From a virus, in IMG/VR virus record IMGVR_UViG_3300027082_000001, positions 9,613 through 73,612 of that record: a stretch of DNA of 64,000 nt; one strand, written 5' to 3'. The position numbers and the translations under genes are program-made. Below the pieces are notes generated by a model. It searched no databases. It was given only the letters and a program-made list of their open reading frames with translations, and was not told the DNA's origin. Below, in pieces: positions 56,229-64,000 of the stretch; the stretch's first letter is position 1, and the number at the start of each line of letters is the position of its first letter.

Positions 56229-57410
56229 ATGTCGTCGTCAATTATGCAACTGTCTCCCTCGGAGACCTACGAATTCGTGACCGCTGCTCTGGCCTGTCGT
56301 CAGGTTCCATATGTGGCTGGTCCTCCTGCAATCGGGAAATCTCAAGTCATTCATCAGGTGGCAGAAGATGCCAATGCCATGATGATCGACCTGCGTCTGA
56401 GTCAGATGCTCAGTGAAGACATGACCGGATTGCCTGAACGTGATGAGAAGCGTGGCAAAGCCATCTATCTCCCGTTCGATACCTTCCCCCTCGAAGGAGA
56501 TCCCATCCCTGATGGATACTCCGGCTGGCTTCTGTTCCTTGACGAACTCTCCAGTGCAACAGAAGAAGTCCTTGCTGCTGCCTACTCGATCATTTTGGAT
56601 CGCATGGTTGGTGGCAAGAAGCTCCATTCCAAGTGTGTGGTGGTGGCCGCAGGCAACCGTGCCAGTGACTCTGCAATCGCTCGTGAACTGCCGGACACTC
56701 TCATCACCCGAATGCTGCCCTGTGAGATGAAGGTCTCATCGACAGACTGGATCCGCTGGGCCAAGCAGCACGGCAAGCGGCATGATACAGTCGTGGACTT
56801 CATCAGCAAGAATTCCAACATGTTGTACGCTCCGACCAAATCCAAAGAGCGTGAAGAACTGGAAACTTATCCGACGCCTCGTGGTTGGGAAAAGGTGTTT
56901 GCTCACGTCAACATGCACGAGCGTGAAACCATGAAGGAAGAAGAAGGCGTGGACAACGCTGGTGTTCCGACTGGTCAGATCGTGCAAAGTGGTCAGCCCA
57001 TCAGTGCTATGTGCTTCAATCTCATGGCTGCTGCTGTTGGTACAATGGCTGCTCGTACCTTCAAAGAAGAGTACGACGAGAACATCCAACTGCCCTATCC
57101 GTGGGAAATCGCTCAGAGTCCTGCCTCGACTCGAATTCCCGGTGGTGGTGTCCAGAAAGCCCGTCTCATGACCGATCTGGCAAAGTATTTCATGGAGTCT
57201 GATAACCAGACCCGTGACAATTGCTTGGTTTATGTCAATCGTGTCGGGGGCGAATACTCGGAACTCTTCCTGAGTGAGATCAAAGGCAAGACCGGAGAAA
57301 CTCCCAGTGACAAACGTCTTGTTCAGTACATCTCTGAGCGTTTGAACATTGACCCTCTTCTTAGGAGCGCTCTGAAAGGAGGTGACTCCTCTGGGAGTAA
57401 TCCCTTTTGA
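56229..57410 (+). CDS. MoxR-like AAA+ ATPase (N4 gp24-like)
   Basis: GPPAIGKS, LFLDEL, AAGNR, PTPRGWE. Confidence 0.9.
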   Translation: MSSSIMQLSPSETYEFVTAALACRQVPYVAGPPAIGKSQVIHQVAEDANAMMIDLRLSQMLSEDMTGLPERDEKRGKAIYLPFDTFPLEGDPIPDGYSGWLLFLDELSSATEEVLAAAYSIILDRMVGGKKLHSKCVVVAAGNRASDSAIARELPDTLITRMLPCEMKVSSTDWIRWAKQHGKRHDTVVDFISKNSNMLYAPTKSKEREELETYPTPRGWEKVFAHVNMHERETMKEEEGVDNAGVPTGQIVQSGQPISAMCFNLMAAAVGTMAARTFKEEYDENIQLPYPWEIAQSPASTRIPGGGVQKARLMTDLAKYFMESDNQTRDNCLVYVNRVGGEYSELFLSEIKGKTGETPSDKRLVQYISERLNIDPLLRSALKGGDSSGSNPF

Positions 57411-57478
57411 TTCTGAAAAGAAACAAAAGGCACGTCAGAAACTTCAGAGCAACCCATTGAGTGGAAAAGGAAAATCCT

Positions 57479-58795
57479 ATGGAAACCATGTCGAATCAAG
57501 CTGGGGAAAACATATCAAACCAACAGATGACCCAGACCCCCTCGATGACCTCTGGAACGATGGTCAATGGTAATGATCTTCTCAGTGCTGACGACACATT
57601 GAGGAGCTATGTGGAAGAGATGTTGATCACAGACAAACGCTTCAAAGGCATGAGTCGCTATGTGTTCGACATCTCCTTCTACTGGTCCACCTCGATTCCG
57701 ACAGCCTGTGCTGGTCATGGTTTCATCTTCTTCAATCCTCAGTGGTGGGACCAACTAGCCCATGAAGAACGGAAAACCGTGATTGCACATGAGATCTGGC
57801 ACCTCATTCTGAACCATCTGGAACGAGGCAAGGACAAAGATCCTGAGTCCTACAACATCGCAGGTGATCATGTGATCAATTTGACCTGTAATGATGATGG
57901 ATTCGCTACCACTCTCAATGGCCGTGCTCAAACCGACTTCGGTGGAAAAGGTATGGTCATTGATGAGCGGTTCCGTGGAATGGGAACTGATGCCATCTAT
58001 GCTATCGTCCACAAAGAACGGAAGAAGGATCCCCAATCTCATGGTCAATCCGGTGCTCCAAGCACTGATCAGGTCGAAGATCTGGTCAAGCAAGCTCTTG
58101 AAGGCACTGGAAAAGATCTGAAACAGCAAGCTGAAGAGAATGAGCAAGATCGCCAAAAAGCCATCGCAAATGGCAAGCAAGCTGGTGATCAACCCGGAGC
58201 GATTCAGGAGATCCTGAAAACTGAAGGGAAAACCGTCTTCATCCAGAAGGCTGACTATGAAGAAATCTTCGAAGACTATCTCACCGATCCTCTGAGTGGT
58301 GGGAAACGTACCTTCATGCGTCCTTCACGTCGTCAGAAAAGAGATGGACTCAGGCTCAAAGGCAAATACCCTAAGCGTGGTCGAAAGAACCGTCTGACCC
58401 ACTTGGTTTATGCCTTGGATGTTTCTGGTTCGATCACCTCTCAGCAGAAACGTCAGTTCTTGGCTTCGGCTAAGACACTGAAAGAAAAGCTGAATCCGAC
58501 TCTGATGACTGTCATCCTGTGGGATACCCAGATCCAGTTCGAGAAAGTCTTCCGTGAAGATGAAACTCTCGATCACATTCATGTGATGTCTGGTGGTGGT
58601 ACATCTTTGCATCCGGTGTACAAACGAGTGCAAGAAATCAACCCTGAAGCTCTTGTCATCTTCACTGATCTCTGTGTATCAATCCCTCCCAAACCTGACT
58701 GGGATACCATTTGGTTCGTTCCTGACGAGCATGTGTCTGAAAGACTTCTTGAAACAGTCACTTACGGTGAGGTCTACCTCATCCCGGAGAAGTGA
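57479..58795 (+). CDS. metallopeptidase-like plus vWA domain protein (N4 gp25/DUF2201-like)
   Basis: HEIWH (HExxH), NIAGDHVIN, MIDAS DVSGS, GGGTS, IFTD; start may be GTG 57461. Confidence 0.88.
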   Translation: METMSNQAGENISNQQMTQTPSMTSGTMVNGNDLLSADDTLRSYVEEMLITDKRFKGMSRYVFDISFYWSTSIPTACAGHGFIFFNPQWWDQLAHEERKTVIAHEIWHLILNHLERGKDKDPESYNIAGDHVINLTCNDDGFATTLNGRAQTDFGGKGMVIDERFRGMGTDAIYAIVHKERKKDPQSHGQSGAPSTDQVEDLVKQALEGTGKDLKQQAEENEQDRQKAIANGKQAGDQPGAIQEILKTEGKTVFIQKADYEEIFEDYLTDPLSGGKRTFMRPSRRQKRDGLRLKGKYPKRGRKNRLTHLVYALDVSGSITSQQKRQFLASAKTLKEKLNPTLMTVILWDTQIQFEKVFREDETLDHIHVMSGGGTSLHPVYKRVQEINPEALVIFTDLCVSIPPKPDWDTIWFVPDEHVSERLLETVTYGEVYLIPEK

Positions 58796-58796
58796 T

Positions 58797-59285
58797 ATGA
58801 TCCTCAATCGTGACAGTCTACTCAAAGCCGCACCCATTGAAGGCATGTGCCAATCGAAAAAGAAATTTGCTGGGTACAGTTACGGCATGTCTGAAGCTGG
58901 CTATGACATCCGCATCAAACAGAAGATAGTTTTCGACAATCGCCAAGGTCGAAATATCGTCTGGGTAGATGATGTTCCCAGTTCTGGCTCTTTTTGTTTG
59001 GCTTCGGCCATTGAACGGTTCCAGATGCCCACCAACCTCACAGGTATTGTCCATGACAAATCTACGTGGGCCAGACAGGGTCTCTCCGTTTTCAACACGG
59101 TCATCGAACCGGGATGGCACGGTTGGCTTACATTGGAGCTTGCCTTCAAAGGGCAAGGACTTCTGGAGATTCCTGCTGGTGTGGGGATTGCTCAAGTAGT
59201 TTTCCATCTCACTTCTGATCATGCTCAGTACGATGGAAAATACCAAAACCAAGAAGACAAACCGCAGGAGGCAAAACTGCAATAA
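58797..59285 (+). CDS. dcd: dCTP deaminase / trimeric dUTPase family
   Basis: GYDIR, DKSTWARQG, NTVIEPGWHGWLTLE, IAQ, YDGKYQNQ. Confidence 0.88.
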   Translation: MILNRDSLLKAAPIEGMCQSKKKFAGYSYGMSEAGYDIRIKQKIVFDNRQGRNIVWVDDVPSSGSFCLASAIERFQMPTNLTGIVHDKSTWARQGLSVFNTVIEPGWHGWLTLELAFKGQGLLEIPAGVGIAQVVFHLTSDHAQYDGKYQNQEDKPQEAKLQ

Positions 59286-59299
59286 CAAGGGAGGCGACC

Positions 59300-59458
59300 A
59301 TGCTGTTTTGGCTATGGTACATCATCTGGATTGAATCCCACTGTTCCACTCAGAAGAAGCCTTTGTCTCAGCTTCTTCGTCATGTAGGCTTCGATACGTT
59401 AATCCGTCGAGTTCTGGACTCGATCTGGATCCCGGAGAAGCCACCGGGAATAGTGTGA
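59300..59458 (+). CDS. small Trp-rich ORF (52 aa), possible leader peptide
   Basis: GGGAGG RBS; MLFWLWYIIWIE; runs into a structured region. Confidence 0.4.
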   Translation: MLFWLWYIIWIESHCSTQKKPLSQLLRHVGFDTLIRRVLDSIWIPEKPPGIV

Positions 59459-59530
59459 AGAGACATATAAGCGAAAGTCGTTAAGAGCGGCAGACAGGCT
59501 TGACCTGACGAGGGGGTGAAAGTCCCCCAC
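59372..59530 (+). ncRNA. candidate structured RNA / leader element
   Basis: Four to five adjacent hairpins plus a long-range alternative pairing, directly before an AAGGAGG RBS. Confidence 0.35.
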
Positions 59531-59543
59531 CAAGGAGGATCCG

Positions 59544-59831
59544 ATGACCCAACGTCTATACTGTGTCTGGAGGGTAGATGGAGAGTTCTCCATTACAGAC
59601 ATTGATGTGTCTTTCCGAGACGAAGACTTCGACACTATCATCACAGAAGCTATCCGTCAGGATGCTGATGATATGGGGATGTCTGCTTTCCATAATCTGG
59701 AAGACAAGGAAAACCACATCAACAACCTCATCGCAATTGCAACTGACCCTAATGATCCGTACTTCATGGGTTATGAAATGCCGATGGTCATTGTTGCAAA
59801 CCCTGAAACCATTGAATTCATTGGAGCTTAA
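59544..59831 (+). CDS. hypothetical acidic protein
   Basis: AAGGAGG RBS; 95 aa. Confidence 0.75.
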   Translation: MTQRLYCVWRVDGEFSITDIDVSFRDEDFDTIITEAIRQDADDMGMSAFHNLEDKENHINNLIAIATDPNDPYFMGYEMPMVIVANPETIEFIGA

Positions 59832-59832
59832 A

Positions 59833-60291
59833 ATGACCAAAGCCAAGACCAATCTGACTTCTGTTATCACCACAGAAGAATCTCCCAGCTACAAACGGAA
59901 ACGTATGAAAGAAGTCCGAACGATGGTTGCTAGTGCTCACAAGCAGGGCAAGCGTATCGACCAGATGGACTTCGAAGGCACTGACATTCCTCGTGCCATG
60001 ATTGCTCTGCAAGATCTTCTCACGAAGACTCAGGAGCGTCATCGCAAAGCCACTCAGCACATCGCATTTGTCAAGCAGATGGATGAGTTCTTTGCTGCTA
60101 TTATGGATGAAGCCACAGCTTCAATCATGGAACAGCAAGCCCATATCGGTGAACTGTCTTCGGCTCTCTACGACGAACGTAGGAGTCATGCGGAGACTGC
60201 GACAATGCTGCATCAGATGTACAGCGAGAGGCTCGATGTGCAGCAAGATCTGGACGCTGTAAAACGGTCCATGAAGGTTCTGAATGGCTGA
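59833..60291 (+). CDS. coiled-coil hypothetical protein
   Basis: GGAG RBS before ATG 59833; helical heptads. Confidence 0.75.
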   Translation: MTKAKTNLTSVITTEESPSYKRKRMKEVRTMVASAHKQGKRIDQMDFEGTDIPRAMIALQDLLTKTQERHRKATQHIAFVKQMDEFFAAIMDEATASIMEQQAHIGELSSALYDERRSHAETATMLHQMYSERLDVQQDLDAVKRSMKVLNG

Positions 60292-60721
60292 GTGGGGTCA
60301 AATAGCCACGGGTGCTCAACGGCAATCTATCGGAACCAAGATTGACACTGATTTGGTTCCGTTTGAGTTGCAGGTTGCAGCCGCTGTGGGCCTTGGCCTC
60401 GGTGAGTATAAATATGCTGCCCGTAACTTTGAGAAGGGGCTGAGTTATCGCTCCCTGATCAATTCCATCGAACGACACTGCAAAGCTCTGAAAGACGGGG
60501 AAGAATTGGATCCGGATACGAAAATCCCTCATTACATGCTGATCGCTTCGTCTACTGCTATGCTCGTTCACAATATCATGCAAGGTGTCATCATTGACGA
60601 CCGTGCTGTTCCTAAGACTTCGAATTTGGATGTCGGTCAACTGGCTGAACTGGGACAGACAGAACTCGCCAAAGCAATTGCCTTTTGGCAAAACAAGCAG
60701 GAGAAAATGCCAGATGAATAA
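60284..60721 (+). CDS. dATP/dGTP diphosphohydrolase-like protein (DUF5664)
   Basis: DLVP...GEYKYAARNFEKG...S-x2-RH...DPDT-x2-PH pattern. Confidence 0.8.
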   Translation: MAEWGQIATGAQRQSIGTKIDTDLVPFELQVAAAVGLGLGEYKYAARNFEKGLSYRSLINSIERHCKALKDGEELDPDTKIPHYMLIASSTAMLVHNIMQGVIIDDRAVPKTSNLDVGQLAELGQTELAKAIAFWQNKQEKMPDE

Positions 60722-61661
60722 CGTCGTATATTCGCATCCGGGACAGCCTCAGATGCAAGTGGAGGTCATCTTGGCCTCTGCTGCCAATGGCTGTCCACAC
60801 ATTTATACCATCAGGATGCGATACCCGCGTCCGATTCATGGTGAGATCATGACCCATCGGGTCTTTGGTCGAAATGCGCGTTCTTCTCGTGCTGTACCTG
60901 TCCGAACCATGCTCAATGAGGTTCGAAATATTCCTTACGTGCCTTGGCATTGGGGTAAGAACCAAAAGGGAATGCAAGCTGACGAAGAATGTAACGAACC
61001 TACCCTCATCACCGATTACTTCCGGGATGACGAGCAGGCATTCACTCGCCTTATGACGGTCGAAATGTCTCGTGAAGAAGCATGGCTTCATGCTCGTGAT
61101 GTAGCTGCTGACGTAGCCGAAGCCTTCATGGACGCTGGCTACCACAAGCAGAACCCCAATCGTCTATTGGAACCGTTCTCGTGGATCGACACACTGATTA
61201 CAGCAACCCAGTGGGACAACTTCCTCTGGCTCCGTCAGCATCATGCTGCTGAACCGCATCTTCAAGATCTAGCAAACCTCGTGGCACAAGCCATTGCACA
61301 TGCTGATGTTCAGAATCTGACGTTAGGGGAATGGCACTTGCCATACATCACTGATGTCGAAAAGACACAGTATCACTCTGATGTGCTGCTGAAGATCTCT
61401 GCTGCTCGGTGTGCTCGGATCTCTTACAAACCTTTCAATGGTGATGGGTCCATTATTGCTGAATTGCAGCGTGCAGATCTGCTCATGAATGATGAACGTG
61501 TTCATGCTTCACCATTTGAACATCAAGCCAAACCTGATGAAAGAATCAGATACTCCACTTCTGGTAATCCGGAAGGATGGCAGTCTGAACACCTCCATGG
61601 CAATCTTACAGGATGGATTCAGCACCGAAAGCTGATCCCGAATGAAGTTTACCACGGATAG
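60714..61661 (+). CDS. thyX: FAD-dependent thymidylate synthase
   Basis: THRVFGRNARSSRAVP, HKQNPNRLLEPF, SAARCARISY, HASPFEHQA. Confidence 0.9.
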   Translation: MNNVVYSHPGQPQMQVEVILASAANGCPHIYTIRMRYPRPIHGEIMTHRVFGRNARSSRAVPVRTMLNEVRNIPYVPWHWGKNQKGMQADEECNEPTLITDYFRDDEQAFTRLMTVEMSREEAWLHARDVAADVAEAFMDAGYHKQNPNRLLEPFSWIDTLITATQWDNFLWLRQHHAAEPHLQDLANLVAQAIAHADVQNLTLGEWHLPYITDVEKTQYHSDVLLKISAARCARISYKPFNGDGSIIAELQRADLLMNDERVHASPFEHQAKPDERIRYSTSGNPEGWQSEHLHGNLTGWIQHRKLIPNEVYHG

Positions 61662-61708
61662 TCAGCATGATAGGGAGTCCCTACCTTAGCCAAGAAGGGA
61701 CTCCCACC

Positions 61709-62866
61709 ATGAGCAAATACTATGACTATTGGTCCCAGAATGGACAGCCAACTTATCAAATTGTAGCTGACTACTTTGGAGTCAATGAATCTACTGCACG
61801 ACGATCTATCCAAACCAAACTCCAAAAACTCCAAAGTCGTTCCGAAGCAGAACCAGCAGTTATTGCTGGGATGGACACTCTAGGGTTTGAAGGACAACCC
61901 CACTCTGGATGGATCAAGTCTGAAACACCAGATGCGAATGGAAACACCTATTCGTATTACTTCCTTAACAAAGAGGAAGAGAAGACCGAAGAAGAACGAA
62001 TGCAAGCCATTGCAGACAAGTTCACCGGCATACCTCCTGTTTTATTCAAACCACCAGCTTACAAGCTCACTCCTCGAACCAAGAAAGCCTTTATCTCCAT
62101 CAACGATCTCCATTCAGGTGCTCTCGCATGGGGTGCGGAAACTGGATACGGAGACTGGGATCTTCAGATCGCCATGACCCGTCTACATGACTGGCTTTGC
62201 CGTCTGTTCGACCATGTAGACAAGGAAAATGTCCAAGAGATTATCCTGTACTACAATGGTGACGTTCTTCACGCCAATGGTCAGGTGCCAATGACTGCCA
62301 CTCACGGATCGGATCATATTCTTGATATTGATTCTCGGCACTTCAAAGTGGTTGATATCACAGGAGAACAAATCATCCATACCACTGATATCGCTGCACA
62401 AATTTCTGATGTCCGTCTAGTCATCAAAAGAGGAAACCATGATGGAGACAGTTATCTGTCACTTCTTCAGGGTGCCAAGTGGCGGTATCACAACCAACCA
62501 AATGTCAATGTCGAAATGAATCCCAATGCCTATTGGGCACACATCTTTAGCAAAGTGGCAATCTTCGGTCATCATGGTGACAAAATAAAACCTGATCGCC
62601 TCGTCATGCAGTTTCTTCAGAGGTATCGCAAAGACTTAGCCGAAGTCGAACACATCACCGTCTGGACAGGGGACAAGCACCATCGTAAGGTCGAGCAGTT
62701 CCCCGGAGTGATGTGGGAGCAAGCCTCTAATTGGTCTGAGCCTGATCTTTATGGTTCAGCCTACGGAGAAACAGCGATGGCTCAAGCAGTCATCTATGAT
62801 GAACTCGAAGGAGAGGTATCTCGCTTCACAGTGAAAGCCTCTTCAGTATTTGGAGAAACCTCATGA
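61709..62866 (+). CDS. calcineurin-like metallophosphoesterase with N-terminal HTH
   Basis: NDLH, GDVLH, GNHD, HHGD, GDKHH; N-terminal YQIVADYFGVNESTARR HTH. Confidence 0.85.
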   Translation: MSKYYDYWSQNGQPTYQIVADYFGVNESTARRSIQTKLQKLQSRSEAEPAVIAGMDTLGFEGQPHSGWIKSETPDANGNTYSYYFLNKEEEKTEEERMQAIADKFTGIPPVLFKPPAYKLTPRTKKAFISINDLHSGALAWGAETGYGDWDLQIAMTRLHDWLCRLFDHVDKENVQEIILYYNGDVLHANGQVPMTATHGSDHILDIDSRHFKVVDITGEQIIHTTDIAAQISDVRLVIKRGNHDGDSYLSLLQGAKWRYHNQPNVNVEMNPNAYWAHIFSKVAIFGHHGDKIKPDRLVMQFLQRYRKDLAEVEHITVWTGDKHHRKVEQFPGVMWEQASNWSEPDLYGSAYGETAMAQAVIYDELEGEVSRFTVKASSVFGETS

Positions 62867-63096
62867 CCTTTTCTTTCTCACGAGCACTGGAGATCCTTAA
62901 AACAGGCTCTGGTCGAGTTGCTCGTCAAGGATGGAATGGTAAGGGTATGTGGCTGGAGCTTCAGGTTCCTAATGACCACAGCAAAATGACCTTGCCGTAC
63001 ATCTACATGAACACTGCTGATAAACATCAAGTCCCATGGCTCGCAAGCCAGACTGATCTGTTGGCTGAAGACTGGGAGATAGTATCCAATGGATGA
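62863..63096 (+). CDS. DUF2829 protein, Tad2 (Thoeris anti-defence 2) family
   Basis: FSRALEILK, VARQGWNGKGMW, LPYIYM, VPWLASQTDLLAEDW. Confidence 0.85.
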   Translation: MTFSFSRALEILKTGSGRVARQGWNGKGMWLELQVPNDHSKMTLPYIYMNTADKHQVPWLASQTDLLAEDWEIVSNG

Positions 63097-63301
63097 AACC
63101 AAAGTGAACAGCCTTTTTCGGTACGAGCATCTGCCTCCTCACCTTCAGGAAGCCTCGAAACCATTTCACGACCTTGCCATGCAACTGGTCAAGACACTGC
63201 CTAAGTCAGCAGAACTGACTCTTGCACTTCGCTCCCTCTGGGAAGCCAAGAATTTGGCAGTATTCGCAACCGTTGAAGCAAAGGAGGTGCAAAATGTTTG
63301 A
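63089..63301 (+). CDS. helical-hairpin protein, possibly Acb2/Tad1-like
   Basis: FRYEHLPPHLQ...F-x2-LA...LP-x-SAELTLALRSLWEAK; the function call is tentative. Confidence 0.7.
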   Translation: MDETKVNSLFRYEHLPPHLQEASKPFHDLAMQLVKTLPKSAELTLALRSLWEAKNLAVFATVEAKEVQNV

Positions 63302-63398
63302 ACTCGTACTGGGGGTAGGAATCGGTCTTGTGGTCGGCTGGAATGTCTTTCCCCAACCGCAATGGGTCCAAAACCTTTACTCCCGCTGGTTCAGCTAG
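63294..63398 (+). CDS. small membrane protein (34 aa)
   Basis: AAGGAGGT RBS; MFELVLGVGIGLVVGWNVFPQPQWV. Confidence 0.7.
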   Translation: MFELVLGVGIGLVVGWNVFPQPQWVQNLYSRWFS

Positions 63399-63453
63399 GG
63401 AGGAGGTGATCCATATCTCCCTTGATTCATAGAAATCATGTGGTAAAGCATTG

Positions 63454-63487
63454 CCCTGCCCCAAAAATGGGGCAGGGTTTCTTTTTC
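63454..63487 (+). terminator. intrinsic terminator
   Basis: CCCTGCCCCA-aaaa-TGGGGCAGGG followed by TTTCTTTTT. Confidence 0.85.
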
Positions 63488-63762
63488 GGAGTGTGGGAAA
63501 AGTAGTAATACGTCGGGCTGAGAATCAAAAGAAAGACTTGCACTACGCAGTAGATATCCAAGATCATCCCTTGAGGTATCTACACCTTTCTGGCACGAAG
63601 CTGACTACAGATAAGACCTATGCTTGGTATGGAACCAAACAACAATTTGTCAATCTGTGTCGAATTCATGAATGGGACGGTTTGTGTCTCATAAATCGCC
63701 CAAAATGAAACACAAACCACTTTGTCTTTCGTGGGTGTATCACAAACCAGAAAGGAAACTGA

Positions 63763-64000
63763 ATGTTTACCCAACAACTCCCCGCTGCTGTCTTTGAGAA
63801 ACAGCGGGAATTCATCGCTGCGATGGATGCTAACCGTGACTTCGTATGGTGGGCTGATAGCCTGATCGCTGAAGAAACCAAGGAACTGATGCAAGCTTAT
63901 GAAGCCAAAGAACTCAGTGATGAGAACATGGCTCATATCTTCAAAGAACTGGGTGATGTGATCTACGTTGTGGCTGGTTTCTACAACACCATGCCAGTCT
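63763..64000 (+). CDS. MazG-like NTP pyrophosphohydrolase (3'-truncated)
   Basis: AAAGGA RBS; LIAEETKEL...KELGDVIYV (ExxE...ExxD); runs off the window and is absent from the ORF track. Confidence 0.8.
   Translation, partial: MFTQQLPAAVFEKQREFIAAMDANRDFVWWADSLIAEETKELMQAYEAKELSDENMAHIFKELGDVIYVVAGFYNTMPV

Noticed and set aside
59468-59530. CTGACGA and GAAA suggested a hammerhead ribozyme
   Set aside because: No GAAA follows the stem after CTGACGA, and no UH cleavage site follows the stem after GAAA; the core cannot be assembled in any permutation I tried
59505-59532. GGGGGTGAAA...CCCCCACCA resembles tmRNA/tRNA ends
   Set aside because: No T-arm (GTTCRA), no tag reading frame, and the two ends are only 7 nt apart
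60284-60721. DUF5664 as evidence of a Z-base or deazaguanine-modified genome
   Set aside because: No purZ, datZ, queC/D/E, folE or dpdA recognised in the window
63451-63708. 85-aa ORF starting at TTG inside a terminator hairpin
   Set aside because: The annotated start lies in the stem; a shorter gene from a downstream GTG is possible, but I could not support a start confidently
1-64000. tRNA genes, often present in N4-like phages
   Set aside because: No cloverleaf recognised by eye in the intergenic gaps; a tRNAscan run would be needed to exclude them

Overview
The window is most of an N4-like podophage genome (Schitoviridae-type), circularly permuted. In order it carries: a replication block (helicase, family A DNA polymerase, Cas4-like nuclease, primase, Sak4-like ATPase, SSB; 1-10.6 kb, +); the late block on the minus strand (3627-aa virion RNA polymerase, ejection and structural proteins, major capsid, portal, lysis cassette, terminase; 10.8-40.1 kb); a compositionally distinct tail/adhesin cassette ending in a heme-oxygenase-like gene (40.2-47.5 kb, -); a probable genome-terminus region (about 48.2-48.9 kb); early genes behind three vRNAP hairpin promoters; the two RNAPII subunits, each followed by a homing endonuclease; a MoxR-like ATPase/vWA pair; nucleotide-metabolism genes; and a probable anti-defence cluster with a Tad2/DUF2829 gene. 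An alphaproteobacterial (Roseobacter-like) host is inferred, not shown. The best leads are the tail fibre-DUF285 adhesin-heme oxygenase cassette, the candidate nucleotide-signal sponge cluster, two structured intergenic RNAs sharing a 10-mer, and a fused/nested gp46-gp47 locus. All family calls come from motif recognition by eye; no database search or folding program was run.
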